In this document: piece after piece, positions 23,070 to 32,444 of the stretch
How positions within the stretch are numbered: position 1 is the stretch's first letter
How the letters are laid out: every line of letters starts with the position of its first letter
Virus record (IMG/VR): IMGVR_UViG_3300047383_000085
Span: 1 to 34,201 of that record
Direction: 5' to 3' (one strand)
Length of the DNA: 34,201 nucleotides
Source: a virus
Position numbers and translations under genes: made by a program
Notes under the pieces: generated by a model
Told to the model about the DNA's origin: nothing
Database searches by the model: none
The model's input: only the letters and a program-made list of their open reading frames with translations

Positions 23070-24148
23070 TGGCTTATACAAATATAGACGACCCATCAGC
23101 ACATTTTCAGACTGCTTTATATACTGGTAATAATACAACTGACCACAATATAACCAATGATGGCAATAGTGACTTACAACCTGATTTTGTTTGGATTAAA
23201 CAAAGAACCTCTAATAATCCTCATGTCTTACAAGATACAAGCAGGGGTTTTGCAGGAAATGGTGAAATAAATCTTTTGGTCAGTAACACCACAGGAGCAG
23301 AAGCTACTAACGGAGCTTTTGAATCTTTTAATACTAATGGTTTTGGCGTGGGTGGAACTAATGTGGCTTCAGGAGCATACAATTTAAGTGGCTCTAACTA
23401 TGTAGCATGGCAATGGAAAGCCAATGGTGGTACAACCTCAAGCAATACGGATGGCAATACAACCACTACAGTTCAAGCCAATCAGGATGCTGGGTTTAGC
23501 ATAGTTACTTACACAGGCACAGGCTCTAGCAGTCAGACAATGGGGCATGGACTGGGAGTTACTCCTAACATAGTTTTGACAAAAGCTAGAAGTGGTACAT
23601 CTAATTGGTCATACAATTCAAATGTTGGTCCTATGACTTATGGTACAAACAGACTTCTTTTTCAAAGCTTTAACGCTTTAACAGCAGATACCAACGAAGT
23701 TACAGCAGCTAGTTCTACAACTTTTACTGGCGGTGGAAGTGCTGGTGTAAATTCTAATGGTGCTACTTATATAGCTTACTGTTTTGCTGAGAAGCAGGGC
23801 TACTCAAAGTATGGTTCTTATGTCGGCAATGGGTCTACATCAGATGGAGTTTTCGTGTATCTAGGATTTAAACCTGCGTTTATTATTACAAAGAAAACAT
23901 CAAGCACTTCGTCTTGGAGAATGTATGATAATAAAAGAGATGGTTATAATTTAACCATGAGATATTTACTTGTAGATCAGCCTGATGCAGAAGGTACAAA
24001 TAGTTATGGTGTAGATTTTTTAAGCAATGGGTTCAAAATGAGAAATAATTTTAGTGAATCAAACTATAATGGTGAAACATACATCTATATAGCATTTGCG
24101 GAAAACCCTTTTACGACCTCAACAGGTATACCAACAACAGCAAGATAA
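23069..24148 (+). CDS. Tail fibre protein (internally duplicated)
   Basis: Two similar halves: ...LQPDFVWIKQRTS...YVAWQWKANGG and ...FKPAFIITKKTSS...YIAYCFAEKQGYSKYGSYVGNG. The pattern recalls fibres of marine podoviruses. ATGA/TAATG junction with the upstream gene. Confidence 0.6.
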   Translation: MAYTNIDDPSAHFQTALYTGNNTTDHNITNDGNSDLQPDFVWIKQRTSNNPHVLQDTSRGFAGNGEINLLVSNTTGAEATNGAFESFNTNGFGVGGTNVASGAYNLSGSNYVAWQWKANGGTTSSNTDGNTTTTVQANQDAGFSIVTYTGTGSSSQTMGHGLGVTPNIVLTKARSGTSNWSYNSNVGPMTYGTNRLLFQSFNALTADTNEVTAASSTTFTGGGSAGVNSNGATYIAYCFAEKQGYSKYGSYVGNGSTSDGVFVYLGFKPAFIITKKTSSTSSWRMYDNKRDGYNLTMRYLLVDQPDAEGTNSYGVDFLSNGFKMRNNFSESNYNGETYIYIAFAENPFTTSTGIPTTAR

Positions 24149-24166
24149 TATATAATAGGAATTAAT

Positions 24167-24742
24167 ATGTGGGCATTAGTAGAAAACAATCAAGTAACTC
24201 AGGTTTATACCAGACCTAAGGCAATAACCATTGGGGATGTATCTTATCCACAAAATATATTTATGCTTTGGTCTAGCGATGAACTTGAAGCAATAGGCAT
24301 TTATTCAGTGGTTGTAGATAACAGCAACTTTAAAAATCCATCTTATTACATCAACACCGATCAATCTTTTGATTGGGATGGTTCTGAGGTGGTTGCATCT
24401 TATGGTACAGCTACAGCTAAAAACTTAGACGATACAACTGATCCTGATACTGGTGATGTAACTCATGGTCTTAAATGGAATCACAATCAAGTGATTATCA
24501 ATCAAGCCTATGGTTTATTACAGCCTAACGATTGGTATGTGGTCAGAGAGAGTGAAGCTGGTACAGCTATTCCTGCTGATTGGACGACTTTTAGAGCTGA
24601 TGTCAGAAGCACAGCAGCAGATATGCAAAGCAAAATTGATGCTTGTACCACAGTTGATGAGTTAGAAGCCTTGTATCAATACAACGATGCAACTCCACCT
24701 GTTAGACCATTAGGAGAATGGCCAACACCTCCATCTAGTTAA
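24167..24742 (+). CDS. Hypothetical protein, tail-fibre assembly/chaperone-like C-terminus
   Basis: LLQPNDWYVVRESEAGTAIPADWTTFRADVRS resembles the C-terminal motif of fibre-assembly-type proteins. It lies directly after the fibre genes. Confidence 0.45.
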   Translation: MWALVENNQVTQVYTRPKAITIGDVSYPQNIFMLWSSDELEAIGIYSVVVDNSNFKNPSYYINTDQSFDWDGSEVVASYGTATAKNLDDTTDPDTGDVTHGLKWNHNQVIINQAYGLLQPNDWYVVRESEAGTAIPADWTTFRADVRSTAADMQSKIDACTTVDELEALYQYNDATPPVRPLGEWPTPPSS

Positions 24743-24776
24743 TGACTAATAAAGCGAGGTCTTATACAATAAGGCT

Positions 24777-26288
24777 ATGGCATTATTTCCAATAACACCC
24801 CCCGCAGGAATCGTAACCAATGGCACAGACTACGCCAATAAAGGGCGTTGGGTCGATGGTGATTTGGTGCGTTTTGAAAACGGATATCTAAAACCTATTG
24901 GCGGGTGGGAAAAACTTAAAGCAACAGCATTAGACGGAGCTATCATAGGTCTTTATGGTTATAAAGATAATGCTGGTAACAATGTTTTGGGAGTTGGTAC
25001 AAGAGAAAAAGTTTATGTCTTATATGACAATACTTGGACAGATATTACACCAGTAGGCTTTATTAATGATGCAAGTGATGATCCATTAGGCTTTGGTGCA
25101 TATCATTATGGTGAAGAAGACTATGGTGATGCCAGGAGTCAATCTGGTCTAGTTTTACAAGCTGGTTATTTTTCTTTTGACAACTGGGGTGAAGATTTAG
25201 TCTTTACTTTTTCTAAAGATGGCAAGATCTACAAATGGCAACCAGACTCTTCAGGTGGCTCACCTGATACTATTGCAACAGTTGTAACCAACGCACCCAC
25301 AGGTAACTTATCAACCTTAGTCACCAATGAAAGACATTTAGTGGCTATAGGCTCGTCAGATGACCCTAGGAAGGTTGCTTGGTCAAACAGGGAAGATCGT
25401 AACAACTGGACATCAAAGGCCACAAACACAGCAGGAGACTTACAAATACCTACAGGCGGAAGAGCCTTGTTTGGTGTTAAATATAGATCCGATGTTATCA
25501 TTTTTAGTGATACTGGTATTAACAGAATGTTTTATGCTGGATCACCTTTTGTTTATGGTATAGCCGATGCAGGTACTAACTGTAAATCAATTAGTTCTAG
25601 AACAGTTGTATCAACAGGTAATTTTCTTGCATGGATGGGTGAAAATGCTTTTTATATTTACGATGGTAATGTAAGAGAATTGCCTTGCGAAGTGCATGAT
25701 TATGTCTTTGACCAAATCAATGTAGCAGGAAGGGGTGCGTGTTGGGGTGGACACAACTCTAACTTTAATGAAATATGGTGGGGATTCCCAAGCGGTGACT
25801 CACAATACACTTCTAACAAATATGTAATATGGAACTACAACTCTAATGTATGGTCTATTGGCTCTATGGACAGAGGCTTTTGGATTGACCAAGGTGCATT
25901 TACTTACCCTATTGCTGGTGACTCTCAAGGTTTTGTTTATGAGCATGAATCAACCACATTAGATAATTCACCTAACCTAAACTCACAAGTACCATTTTGC
26001 GAAACAGGGCCTATACAAATAGGTAATGGTGATAACTATGTGCAATGCAATCAAATATTACCAGACGAAGAGGCTAACTCTTTACCTGGCGTTACCCTCA
26101 GTTTCAAAGGTCGATTTACTCCATTAGGCCCAGTTACGGACTTTGGATCATTTACTTTTGAAAATGATGGCTATACCGATGCAAGATTTACTGCACGACA
26201 AGTACAAATGACAGTCACAGGCAGTACCACACAAGACTTTCAGGTGGGTAATATACGCTTAGATGTTAGACCAAGAGGTAAAAGATAA
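24777..26288 (+). CDS. Large tail structural protein, possibly nozzle / tail tubular B-like
   Basis: 503 aa, Gly/Trp/Asn-rich and beta-type in composition, in the tail module. No specific motif recognised. Confidence 0.5.
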   Translation: MALFPITPPAGIVTNGTDYANKGRWVDGDLVRFENGYLKPIGGWEKLKATALDGAIIGLYGYKDNAGNNVLGVGTREKVYVLYDNTWTDITPVGFINDASDDPLGFGAYHYGEEDYGDARSQSGLVLQAGYFSFDNWGEDLVFTFSKDGKIYKWQPDSSGGSPDTIATVVTNAPTGNLSTLVTNERHLVAIGSSDDPRKVAWSNREDRNNWTSKATNTAGDLQIPTGGRALFGVKYRSDVIIFSDTGINRMFYAGSPFVYGIADAGTNCKSISSRTVVSTGNFLAWMGENAFYIYDGNVRELPCEVHDYVFDQINVAGRGACWGGHNSNFNEIWWGFPSGDSQYTSNKYVIWNYNSNVWSIGSMDRGFWIDQGAFTYPIAGDSQGFVYEHESTTLDNSPNLNSQVPFCETGPIQIGNGDNYVQCNQILPDEEANSLPGVTLSFKGRFTPLGPVTDFGSFTFENDGYTDARFTARQVQMTVTGSTTQDFQVGNIRLDVRPRGKR

Positions 26289-26653
26289 TGGATTTATCCT
26301 CACAAAGACAGTACATACAAAGGGCGGAGAATATTCATATGAACATTACTTTGGCTAACACCGATTACACTGTTTATACATCACCTTCTGGTGATGATTT
26401 TACTTTTTCTATTATTCAATCATTTTTAGTGTGTGAGCATCAAGGTCAACAAACCCAAATAGATGTAACTAATACGCATGATACAGATACTTTTAATTTA
26501 TTTAGTGGCAAGGTTATTAGTGCTAACAGCACTACAGAGCTATTAGAAAGACCTATTATTATTCATCAAGGTGAAATTATTAAAGTACAAGGCAATCATG
26601 CTGGTAATTTAGATATACACATGAGTATTATTGAGTATGGAAAAGGCGACTAA
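26288..26653 (+). CDS. Hypothetical 121-aa structural-module protein
   Basis: TAATG junction upstream, same-strand packing. Confidence 0.6.
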   Translation: MDLSSQRQYIQRAENIHMNITLANTDYTVYTSPSGDDFTFSIIQSFLVCEHQGQQTQIDVTNTHDTDTFNLFSGKVISANSTTELLERPIIIHQGEIIKVQGNHAGNLDIHMSIIEYGKGD

Positions 26654-27041
26654 TAAAGTCACACCCATTAAAAAAGACCCCGAAGAATGGGAAGTTCAAT
26701 GGGAACGCTGTAAGCCATATATAGCAAAAGCTATCAAACATCAAGATTCCTATACAATAGACGATATAGAGGATAAAATAAGACATGGAATATTCCATTT
26801 ATGGCCAGCTAAGAAGTCGGCTATGATAACTGAATTTGTAGTATTCCCCCAAAATACAGCAATGAACTTGCTGTTTTGTGGTGGTGATTACAAGGAGTTA
26901 GAGGATATGTTGCCATCCTTAGAGGCATTTGCAAAAGCTGCTGGTTGTAAAAGATTATATGGCGGTGGCAGAAAAGGATGGTTAAGAAAACTAAACCACT
27001 TAGGTTTTAAATCAGAAAATTTAATTAGTAAAGAATTATGA
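26637..27041 (+). CDS. Hypothetical protein with a weak GNAT-like C-terminal pattern
   Basis: ...FAKAAGCKRLYGGGRKGWLRKLNHLGF resembles the acyl-CoA-binding end of GNAT folds. The ATG at 26637 is preferred over the TTG at 26631. Confidence 0.5.
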   Translation: MEKATNKVTPIKKDPEEWEVQWERCKPYIAKAIKHQDSYTIDDIEDKIRHGIFHLWPAKKSAMITEFVVFPQNTAMNLLFCGGDYKELEDMLPSLEAFAKAAGCKRLYGGGRKGWLRKLNHLGFKSENLISKEL

Positions 27042-27940
27042 GCAAAGGCAAATCAACACAATCAGTCAGTTTACCAGCATACCAAGAAGCACAAGCAAAA
27101 GAGCTATTTCAAGCTGGTAAATCATTAGCTGGTACACCATTCGTTCCATACACAGGCCCTAGAGTTGCTGGATTTAACCCAGATCAACTTAGACAATTTC
27201 AAGCCACTCGTGGTTTATTTGAAACTGGGATGCAGTATGACCCTTTATCTGGCATACAAGAATTAGCACAAAAAGAAGCCCCACAAATAGGTCAAGTTGG
27301 CTCATTGTTAGGAGCTGACATAGGTGCATATCAATCGCCTTATCAACAACAAGTTATCGATCAGTCTATGGCTGACATACAAAGACAAGCAGATATAGCA
27401 AGAGGTCAAGCGCAATCACGCGCAATTGGCGCAGGCGCATTCGGTGGTTCACGCTCTGCTTTACTAGAAACTGAATCACAAAGACCTTACATAGAACAAC
27501 AAGCTAGAACTGCTGCTGGTTTAAGACAGGCTGGTTTCGAGCAAGCTCAAAGAGCTGCTGAATCAGATATTGCAAGACAACAGCAAATGGCAATGTTTAC
27601 CCCAGAGTTAGAGCTACGCGCAAGACAGCAACAAGCAGGATTGCTTGGGGGCGTGGGCGCGGAGCAGATGTCAAGACTTGGACAGCTTGGTCAGATTGGT
27701 TTACAACAACAACAATTACAACAACAAGCACTTGGAGTGCCTTATCAAGAGTTCCAAAGAGCTTTGGCTTATGGGCCTCAACAGTTTGGTTTATTGGCTG
27801 CGGGTCAAGGGGTTACAACTCCAACGACTACAACAAAGCAATCAACTGGTTTAGGCGATGTTTTGAGTGGAGCAGCAGGATTGCTTGGTTCTGCTTGGAC
27901 TGGCGGGTTTAATCCATTTGGTCTTTTAGCAGGTAAATAA
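27038..27940 (+). CDS. Gln/Ala-rich internal virion protein (putative)
   Basis: 300 aa, low complexity (QQQQLQQQALG) with a Gly-rich C-terminus. It precedes the large ejection-type proteins. Confidence 0.55.
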   Translation: MSKGKSTQSVSLPAYQEAQAKELFQAGKSLAGTPFVPYTGPRVAGFNPDQLRQFQATRGLFETGMQYDPLSGIQELAQKEAPQIGQVGSLLGADIGAYQSPYQQQVIDQSMADIQRQADIARGQAQSRAIGAGAFGGSRSALLETESQRPYIEQQARTAAGLRQAGFEQAQRAAESDIARQQQMAMFTPELELRARQQQAGLLGGVGAEQMSRLGQLGQIGLQQQQLQQQALGVPYQEFQRALAYGPQQFGLLAAGQGVTTPTTTTKQSTGLGDVLSGAAGLLGSAWTGGFNPFGLLAGK

Positions 27941-27941
27941 A

Positions 27942-28928
27942 ATGGCTGTAGATTTTAAAAATTACGATTTTACTAACCCAATGGGTTTGCTGGATTTACA
28001 ACCAAAACAACAGTTTCAAGTTGATCCATTGCAAGTACAAAAAGCTCAAAATAATTTTCAGATAAATCCAATGGAGTTTCAGGTTGATCCATTGCAAGTT
28101 CAACAAGCACAAATGAAACAGGCACAAGAACAACAAACTCTAATGGATCGTAGGCAAAGAGCTGGAAGCATGATGTTGGCATTAGCAGATGTTTTAAAAG
28201 GCAGAGATCCATCAGCGGGCGTAATACAAAGACAGAAAATGTTAGAAGACGCGCAAATAAAAAGACAAGAACAAGAAAAATTAAGAAAATTTGAAAATAT
28301 TTCCAAAAATATAAAAAGAAATCAATTTGATTCAAATAGAGAATATTATTCAGCGCTGGGAACGGAGTATTTGAATTCTGGGTTTTTAAACCAAGGAATA
28401 CAATTGCTAGAATTAGGCAAACCCGTTACTGATGAGGATTTTAGAAAAGATACTTTGTCACAAATGACCCAGGTTGAAAAACAATATAAGCCAGTAAAAG
28501 ATAATATACAAAACTTTCAAAAATTAGATATTGCATTAAATTCTGATTCTGGTACTGGCGCATATACAGCATTGGTTTTTTATCTTAAAAATTTAGATGG
28601 CTCTGTTGTAAAATCAGAAGAAGTAAATACTTTTAACGCAATGCAGGGATTATTGAAAAACATAGAAAATCAATATGAAAAAACCAAAGGAGAGGGAATG
28701 ACTGATGAGGTAAAAGCTCAGTTGCGTAACATTTCCGCTGCCGCAACAGCATTAACTGTTAAGGGGTACGAAGACTATCAATCTGGAGCTAGAAAAACCT
28801 ATCAATCGCTTGGCTTAGATCCAGATTTAATATTAAGACCATTCCAAATAGATGTATCTAATATAAATCTAAATACAGTAGATCCAAAATATTTTGAAGA
28901 AAAAATAGATGGCAAGGTGGTTAAATAA
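27942..28928 (+). CDS. Internal virion protein (putative) with an N-terminal 21-aa duplication
   Basis: FQVDPLQVQ(K/Q)AQ occurs twice, 63 nt apart. 328 aa. Confidence 0.55.
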   Translation: MAVDFKNYDFTNPMGLLDLQPKQQFQVDPLQVQKAQNNFQINPMEFQVDPLQVQQAQMKQAQEQQTLMDRRQRAGSMMLALADVLKGRDPSAGVIQRQKMLEDAQIKRQEQEKLRKFENISKNIKRNQFDSNREYYSALGTEYLNSGFLNQGIQLLELGKPVTDEDFRKDTLSQMTQVEKQYKPVKDNIQNFQKLDIALNSDSGTGAYTALVFYLKNLDGSVVKSEEVNTFNAMQGLLKNIENQYEKTKGEGMTDEVKAQLRNISAAATALTVKGYEDYQSGARKTYQSLGLDPDLILRPFQIDVSNINLNTVDPKYFEEKIDGKVVK

Positions 28929-31222
28929 TGGCAAAAACTTTTAGATCTGATAAGTATGGTGATTTAGAAATTCCAGATAATTTTGAAAATTTATCAGAAG
29001 AGGATCAGCAAACAATATTAAGAAATGCGGTTAAAGAGAAAAGATCTAGCCAAACATCTCCTATGTCAGCGCTAGATTATGTAAAAGAAACAATGGCAAC
29101 TGGTTTGCAAGGCTTGACTCTAGGAACATCTGAAGAAATAAAAGCTGGGTTAGCTGAATTAATACAAGCTCCAGTGACAGCTTTTACTGAACAAGAGTTT
29201 GGAGAAACTTATAAAAGAATTAGAGACAAAGAAAGACGAGAATTAGAAGAGTATGCTAGACAATATCCAAAGTCTGCAACGGCAGCAAGTATTGTTGGCG
29301 GTATTGCTCCAATAGTTGCCTCTACTCTTATAGGGGGGCCAGCAGGCGGAGGCGCGGCAACCGCATCAACTCTTGGAAGAGTAAAAAGCGCTATAGATAG
29401 CAGCAGACTTCTTGCTGGCGGAATGACTAAACCTGGGGCAACTTTAGGACAAAAATCTGCTGAAAGTGCAAAAACGGGAGGAGCGTTAGGTTTGGTTGGT
29501 GGTTTTGGATATTCTGAAGGATCTCCGCTAGAAACAGGTTTGCAAACAGCTGGAGGAGGCGTTATTGGTTCTGCTTTAGGAGCTGTATTGCCTCCTGCTT
29601 TGTCTGGAACTGGGTTTTTATTAAGCAAATTATTTTCTCCCGTTATTAGCACAGGAAAAAAACTTTTTAGCAAAAAAACGCTAGACTTTACAAAAGAAGA
29701 AGAAAAAGAAATTGAAAAAATTAGCAATTTATTTTTAAGAGATGAAGTAGATATTGATGAAATTATTTTAAAGATACAACAAAATGTTAGCGCAGATAAA
29801 TTAGAAGATATAACACCTGTTGAAATATTGGCTGATTATGGCGGGGATGCGGTTAAAAGAAAATTAAGAGGAATGAAAATTGAAATTCCTGGAAATAAAA
29901 TTGAAAAAACTTTAAAGGAAAGAGGTCCTGGAAGTGTTGCTCTCAAGGGAGAGGATTTGTTAGAAGATAATGTTTCTAATATTCAATCTACAAGAATTAT
30001 TAAATCTTTAAAAAACTCAGCAGACAAAGTTGTTAAGACAGAGGGTATAAATCTTGAAAGCGGAATAGATGAATTAGAGCAAACGATTCAAAAAAAAGTT
30101 AGCCCATTATATAAAAAAGCTTTTGAGTTAAATACTAAAATAAAAAATTTAGATGTTTATAAATTTTTAGAAGTTCCAATAATTAAATCTGCTTATGAAA
30201 AAGCTAGAATCGCTTATTTGGAAGAAACTCAAAAAAGAAACCCTGGAATAACTGTTGTAATGGATGACTTGGGAATACCAAGCCTTGAAGCACTTTTAAT
30301 TAAAAATCAAAATGGTCAAGTTATTGGCGTTAACAAAGAGCTTCCACTAGCTTTTTTAGATCAAATTAAAAGAGCTGCGGATAGCACTACATTTGCGTTA
30401 AAAAAATCAACTGGTGCAGATAAAATAGACAGCAGAACAGTAAGCAACAGGAAAGATATTTCAAATCAATTTAGAGATTTGTTAAAAAATTCTGTTGATG
30501 GTGATGATTATATTAATGCTTTATCACAATCAGCAGATAAGTTTGCATTAAATGAAGCTTATGATTTAGGGCTGAAAGCGAAAACATTAACTAAATCTAA
30601 ATTTGGGCAAACAATTGATGTTCAATATGAATCATTAAAAACACAAGCGGAAAAAGATGCCTACAAAATAGGTGCATTTCAAAACATATTAAATGAGATA
30701 GGCGAAACAGCGAACACTACTAATCTTGCAGAAAAATTAACAAATAAACAGGCTCTAGTAGATAAGTTAAAAGTTTTATTTTCTGGAAGCAGTGATGAGT
30801 TAAGAAATTTTATTAATAGATTGCAAAGAGAAGATGTAATATTTCAAACAGGACAAAAAGTTTTATCAGGCGGAGGCAGAGATTTAAACACTCAATCCGA
30901 AGGATTTAGAGGATTTTTAGCAGATGCTATGGTAGGTTTAACAGAACCAACTGGCTCTGCTGGTATTAGGGCGCAAGCAAAATTAGCACAACAAGGTAGC
31001 GATATTTTATTTGATACTGCCAGTAAACAACAAAAAGCCTTTCAAGATATTATTTTATCTCGCGATCCCAAAAAGCAACAAGATATTTTAACTCTGATGA
31101 AAGAAATGCAAGAATTACAAAGAAGAGAGGCCGCACAAAGCAACTTTTTAAGGTCAAGCACCCTAAGAACCACAACTCCGTATTCAATGGAATCATTAAA
31201 TCAATTGTTATTTGAAAAATAA
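28928..31222 (+). CDS. Large internal virion / DNA-ejection protein (putative)
   Basis: 764 aa, the largest gene. It has Gly/Ala-rich hydrophobic segments (GGIAPIVASTLIGGPAGGGAATAS, GGVIGSALGAVLPPALSGTGFLL) followed by a long helical region, as in podovirus ejection proteins. Confidence 0.55.
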   Translation: MAKTFRSDKYGDLEIPDNFENLSEEDQQTILRNAVKEKRSSQTSPMSALDYVKETMATGLQGLTLGTSEEIKAGLAELIQAPVTAFTEQEFGETYKRIRDKERRELEEYARQYPKSATAASIVGGIAPIVASTLIGGPAGGGAATASTLGRVKSAIDSSRLLAGGMTKPGATLGQKSAESAKTGGALGLVGGFGYSEGSPLETGLQTAGGGVIGSALGAVLPPALSGTGFLLSKLFSPVISTGKKLFSKKTLDFTKEEEKEIEKISNLFLRDEVDIDEIILKIQQNVSADKLEDITPVEILADYGGDAVKRKLRGMKIEIPGNKIEKTLKERGPGSVALKGEDLLEDNVSNIQSTRIIKSLKNSADKVVKTEGINLESGIDELEQTIQKKVSPLYKKAFELNTKIKNLDVYKFLEVPIIKSAYEKARIAYLEETQKRNPGITVVMDDLGIPSLEALLIKNQNGQVIGVNKELPLAFLDQIKRAADSTTFALKKSTGADKIDSRTVSNRKDISNQFRDLLKNSVDGDDYINALSQSADKFALNEAYDLGLKAKTLTKSKFGQTIDVQYESLKTQAEKDAYKIGAFQNILNEIGETANTTNLAEKLTNKQALVDKLKVLFSGSSDELRNFINRLQREDVIFQTGQKVLSGGGRDLNTQSEGFRGFLADAMVGLTEPTGSAGIRAQAKLAQQGSDILFDTASKQQKAFQDIILSRDPKKQQDILTLMKEMQELQRREAAQSNFLRSSTLRTTTPYSMESLNQLLFEK

Positions 31223-31225
31223 CCC

Positions 31226-31624
31226 ATGCCCCTTGCAACAGAGCGAGTTGGTCGTTTTGGTGAATATCTCACAGCAGCAATCCTCTCTCAAGTTTCTGAC
31301 ACAGTAACCATCGTTCCACACAACGCATCCGCAGACATCATCTTTGAACACAACCTAAAGCTATATAAGTGCCAGGTTAAAACTCAATCACAAATAGAAG
31401 AACACAGAGGTAATTGGCGGTTTGATATGCGCAAAGGTCAAAGAGTCAAGCACAGAAAATACAAAGATAATGAAATAGATGTGTTTGCTTTCGTTTCTAT
31501 AACTCACAGAAATGTGGTGTTTTCTAAACCTTTAGACCAAGCTCAACTAACCATCAATGATGAGCACATGAAGAACAATGATGCTATCAAAAACATCAAA
31601 GATATATTGGAAGACTTTAGTTAA
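31226..31624 (+). CDS. PD-(D/E)XK endonuclease, I-Ssp6803I / group I intron-associated type (free-standing)
   Basis: VGRFGEYLTAAIL...SADIIFEHNLKLYKCQVKT...IDVFAFV gives a GE...D...Q-V-K layout like the PDDEXK_5 homing-endonuclease family. It is the last gene of the rightward block. Confidence 0.5.
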   Translation: MPLATERVGRFGEYLTAAILSQVSDTVTIVPHNASADIIFEHNLKLYKCQVKTQSQIEEHRGNWRFDMRKGQRVKHRKYKDNEIDVFAFVSITHRNVVFSKPLDQAQLTINDEHMKNNDAIKNIKDILEDFS

Positions 31625-31836
31625 AGACTTTCAATATCAAATACAACTTCTTGATCCTTGTAATGCTTAACGGAGTTAATTCCTACTTGTAGGAAATACT
31701 CCGCTAATGCTTGAGGATCTTTATTTTCCAACCCAGCCACATCTATCAAAGAACGCGCAATGTGTCTGTTTACATAAACAGGCGTATTGTTGTTCCTCTC
31801 ATTTAGAACTGGATCTTCAAAATCAAACAAGTTCAT
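31621..31836 (-). CDS. Hypothetical 71-aa protein
   Basis: ORF downstream of the DUF3310-like gene. Its stop overlaps the stop of the convergent 31226..31624 gene (TTAA). Confidence 0.55.
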   Translation of the reverse strand: MNLFDFEDPVLNERNNNTPVYVNRHIARSLIDVAGLENKDPQALAEYFLQVGINSVKHYKDQEVVFDIESL

Positions 31837-31846
31837 TGCTTTACTC

Positions 31847-32149
31847 CTAGACCTTTACCTCCTTAGAGTATGGGCCTAATTTGTTACCCTCTCCGTCTAC
31901 ACCATGTACAAGCTGTAGTTCAAGGTCAATGTAATGCTTGGCTTTGAGTAAGTCTTCAACCTTATCAACCTTATCTCTGGTAATAAGTTTCAACACATTA
32001 CCCATCGACCATGACAATCCATTTGCGTAAATATACTCAATGGGTTGTATGCCATTGCCTTTATAATGATTGCCACCTACCTGGTTATTGATCGCAAGCA
32101 TATCAATTGCTTGATCCCATTCCTCTGGGGTTACATTATCTATACTCAT
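31847..32149 (-). CDS. DUF3310-like phage protein
   Basis: GGNHYKGNGIQPIEYIYANGLSWSMGNVLKLITR...AKHYIDLEL is the characteristic DUF3310 core. Confidence 0.7.
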   Translation of the reverse strand: MSIDNVTPEEWDQAIDMLAINNQVGGNHYKGNGIQPIEYIYANGLSWSMGNVLKLITRDKVDKVEDLLKAKHYIDLELQLVHGVDGEGNKLGPYSKEVKV

Positions 32150-32175
32150 ATTCTTCTCCTTTTTTATAAATATAT

Positions 32176-32204
32176 TTGCATATCATATAACTTTAGTGTA
32201 AATT
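32176..32204 (+). promoter_or_regulatory. Sigma70-like promoter candidate for the rightward replication module
   Basis: TTGCAT (32176-32181), a 17-nt spacer, then TAAATT (32199-32204). It lies in the divergent gap upstream of 32241. Confidence 0.4.
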
Positions 32205-32240
32205 TAACAACATTCAAATACAAAAAGGGAGTATTAGGAA

Positions 32241-32444
32241 ATGACAGACACCGATAGAGTCTTTATAGACACTAAGCAACTAGCTAAAAGGTGGGGCAAA
32301 AATCCACACGCGCTATCAAATTTAAGGCGCAAAGGCGGAGGCCCTAACTATTATAAGATTGGCGGTAAAATTCTTTATGATCTATCAGAGATCAAGCAAT
32401 TAGAAGAAAGCTCATACGTTTCCAATGGCTCACGCAATATTTAG
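32241..32444 (+). CDS. Excisionase/AlpA-type HTH DNA-binding protein
   Basis: FIDTKQLAKRWGKNPHALSNLRRKGGGPNYYKIGGKILYDLSEI is the MerR-superfamily Xis-like HTH pattern. AGGGAGTAT RBS. Confidence 0.65.
   Translation: MTDTDRVFIDTKQLAKRWGKNPHALSNLRRKGGGPNYYKIGGKILYDLSEIKQLEESSYVSNGSRNI

Noticed and set aside
19950-24148. Diversity-generating retroelement targeting the fibre genes
   Set aside because: There is no reverse transcriptase ORF in the genome, and I saw no template/variable repeat pair with adenine-specific differences.
29209-29727. 172-aa minus-strand ORF inside the 764-aa ejection-type gene
   Set aside because: It is the shadow of a Gly/Ala-rich coding stretch. The forward-strand gene is continuous and in operon register.
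32241-32444. Xis-like HTH as evidence of a temperate lifestyle
   Set aside because: There is no integrase, attP-like site or repressor/Cro pair. Such HTH proteins also occur as regulators in lytic phages.
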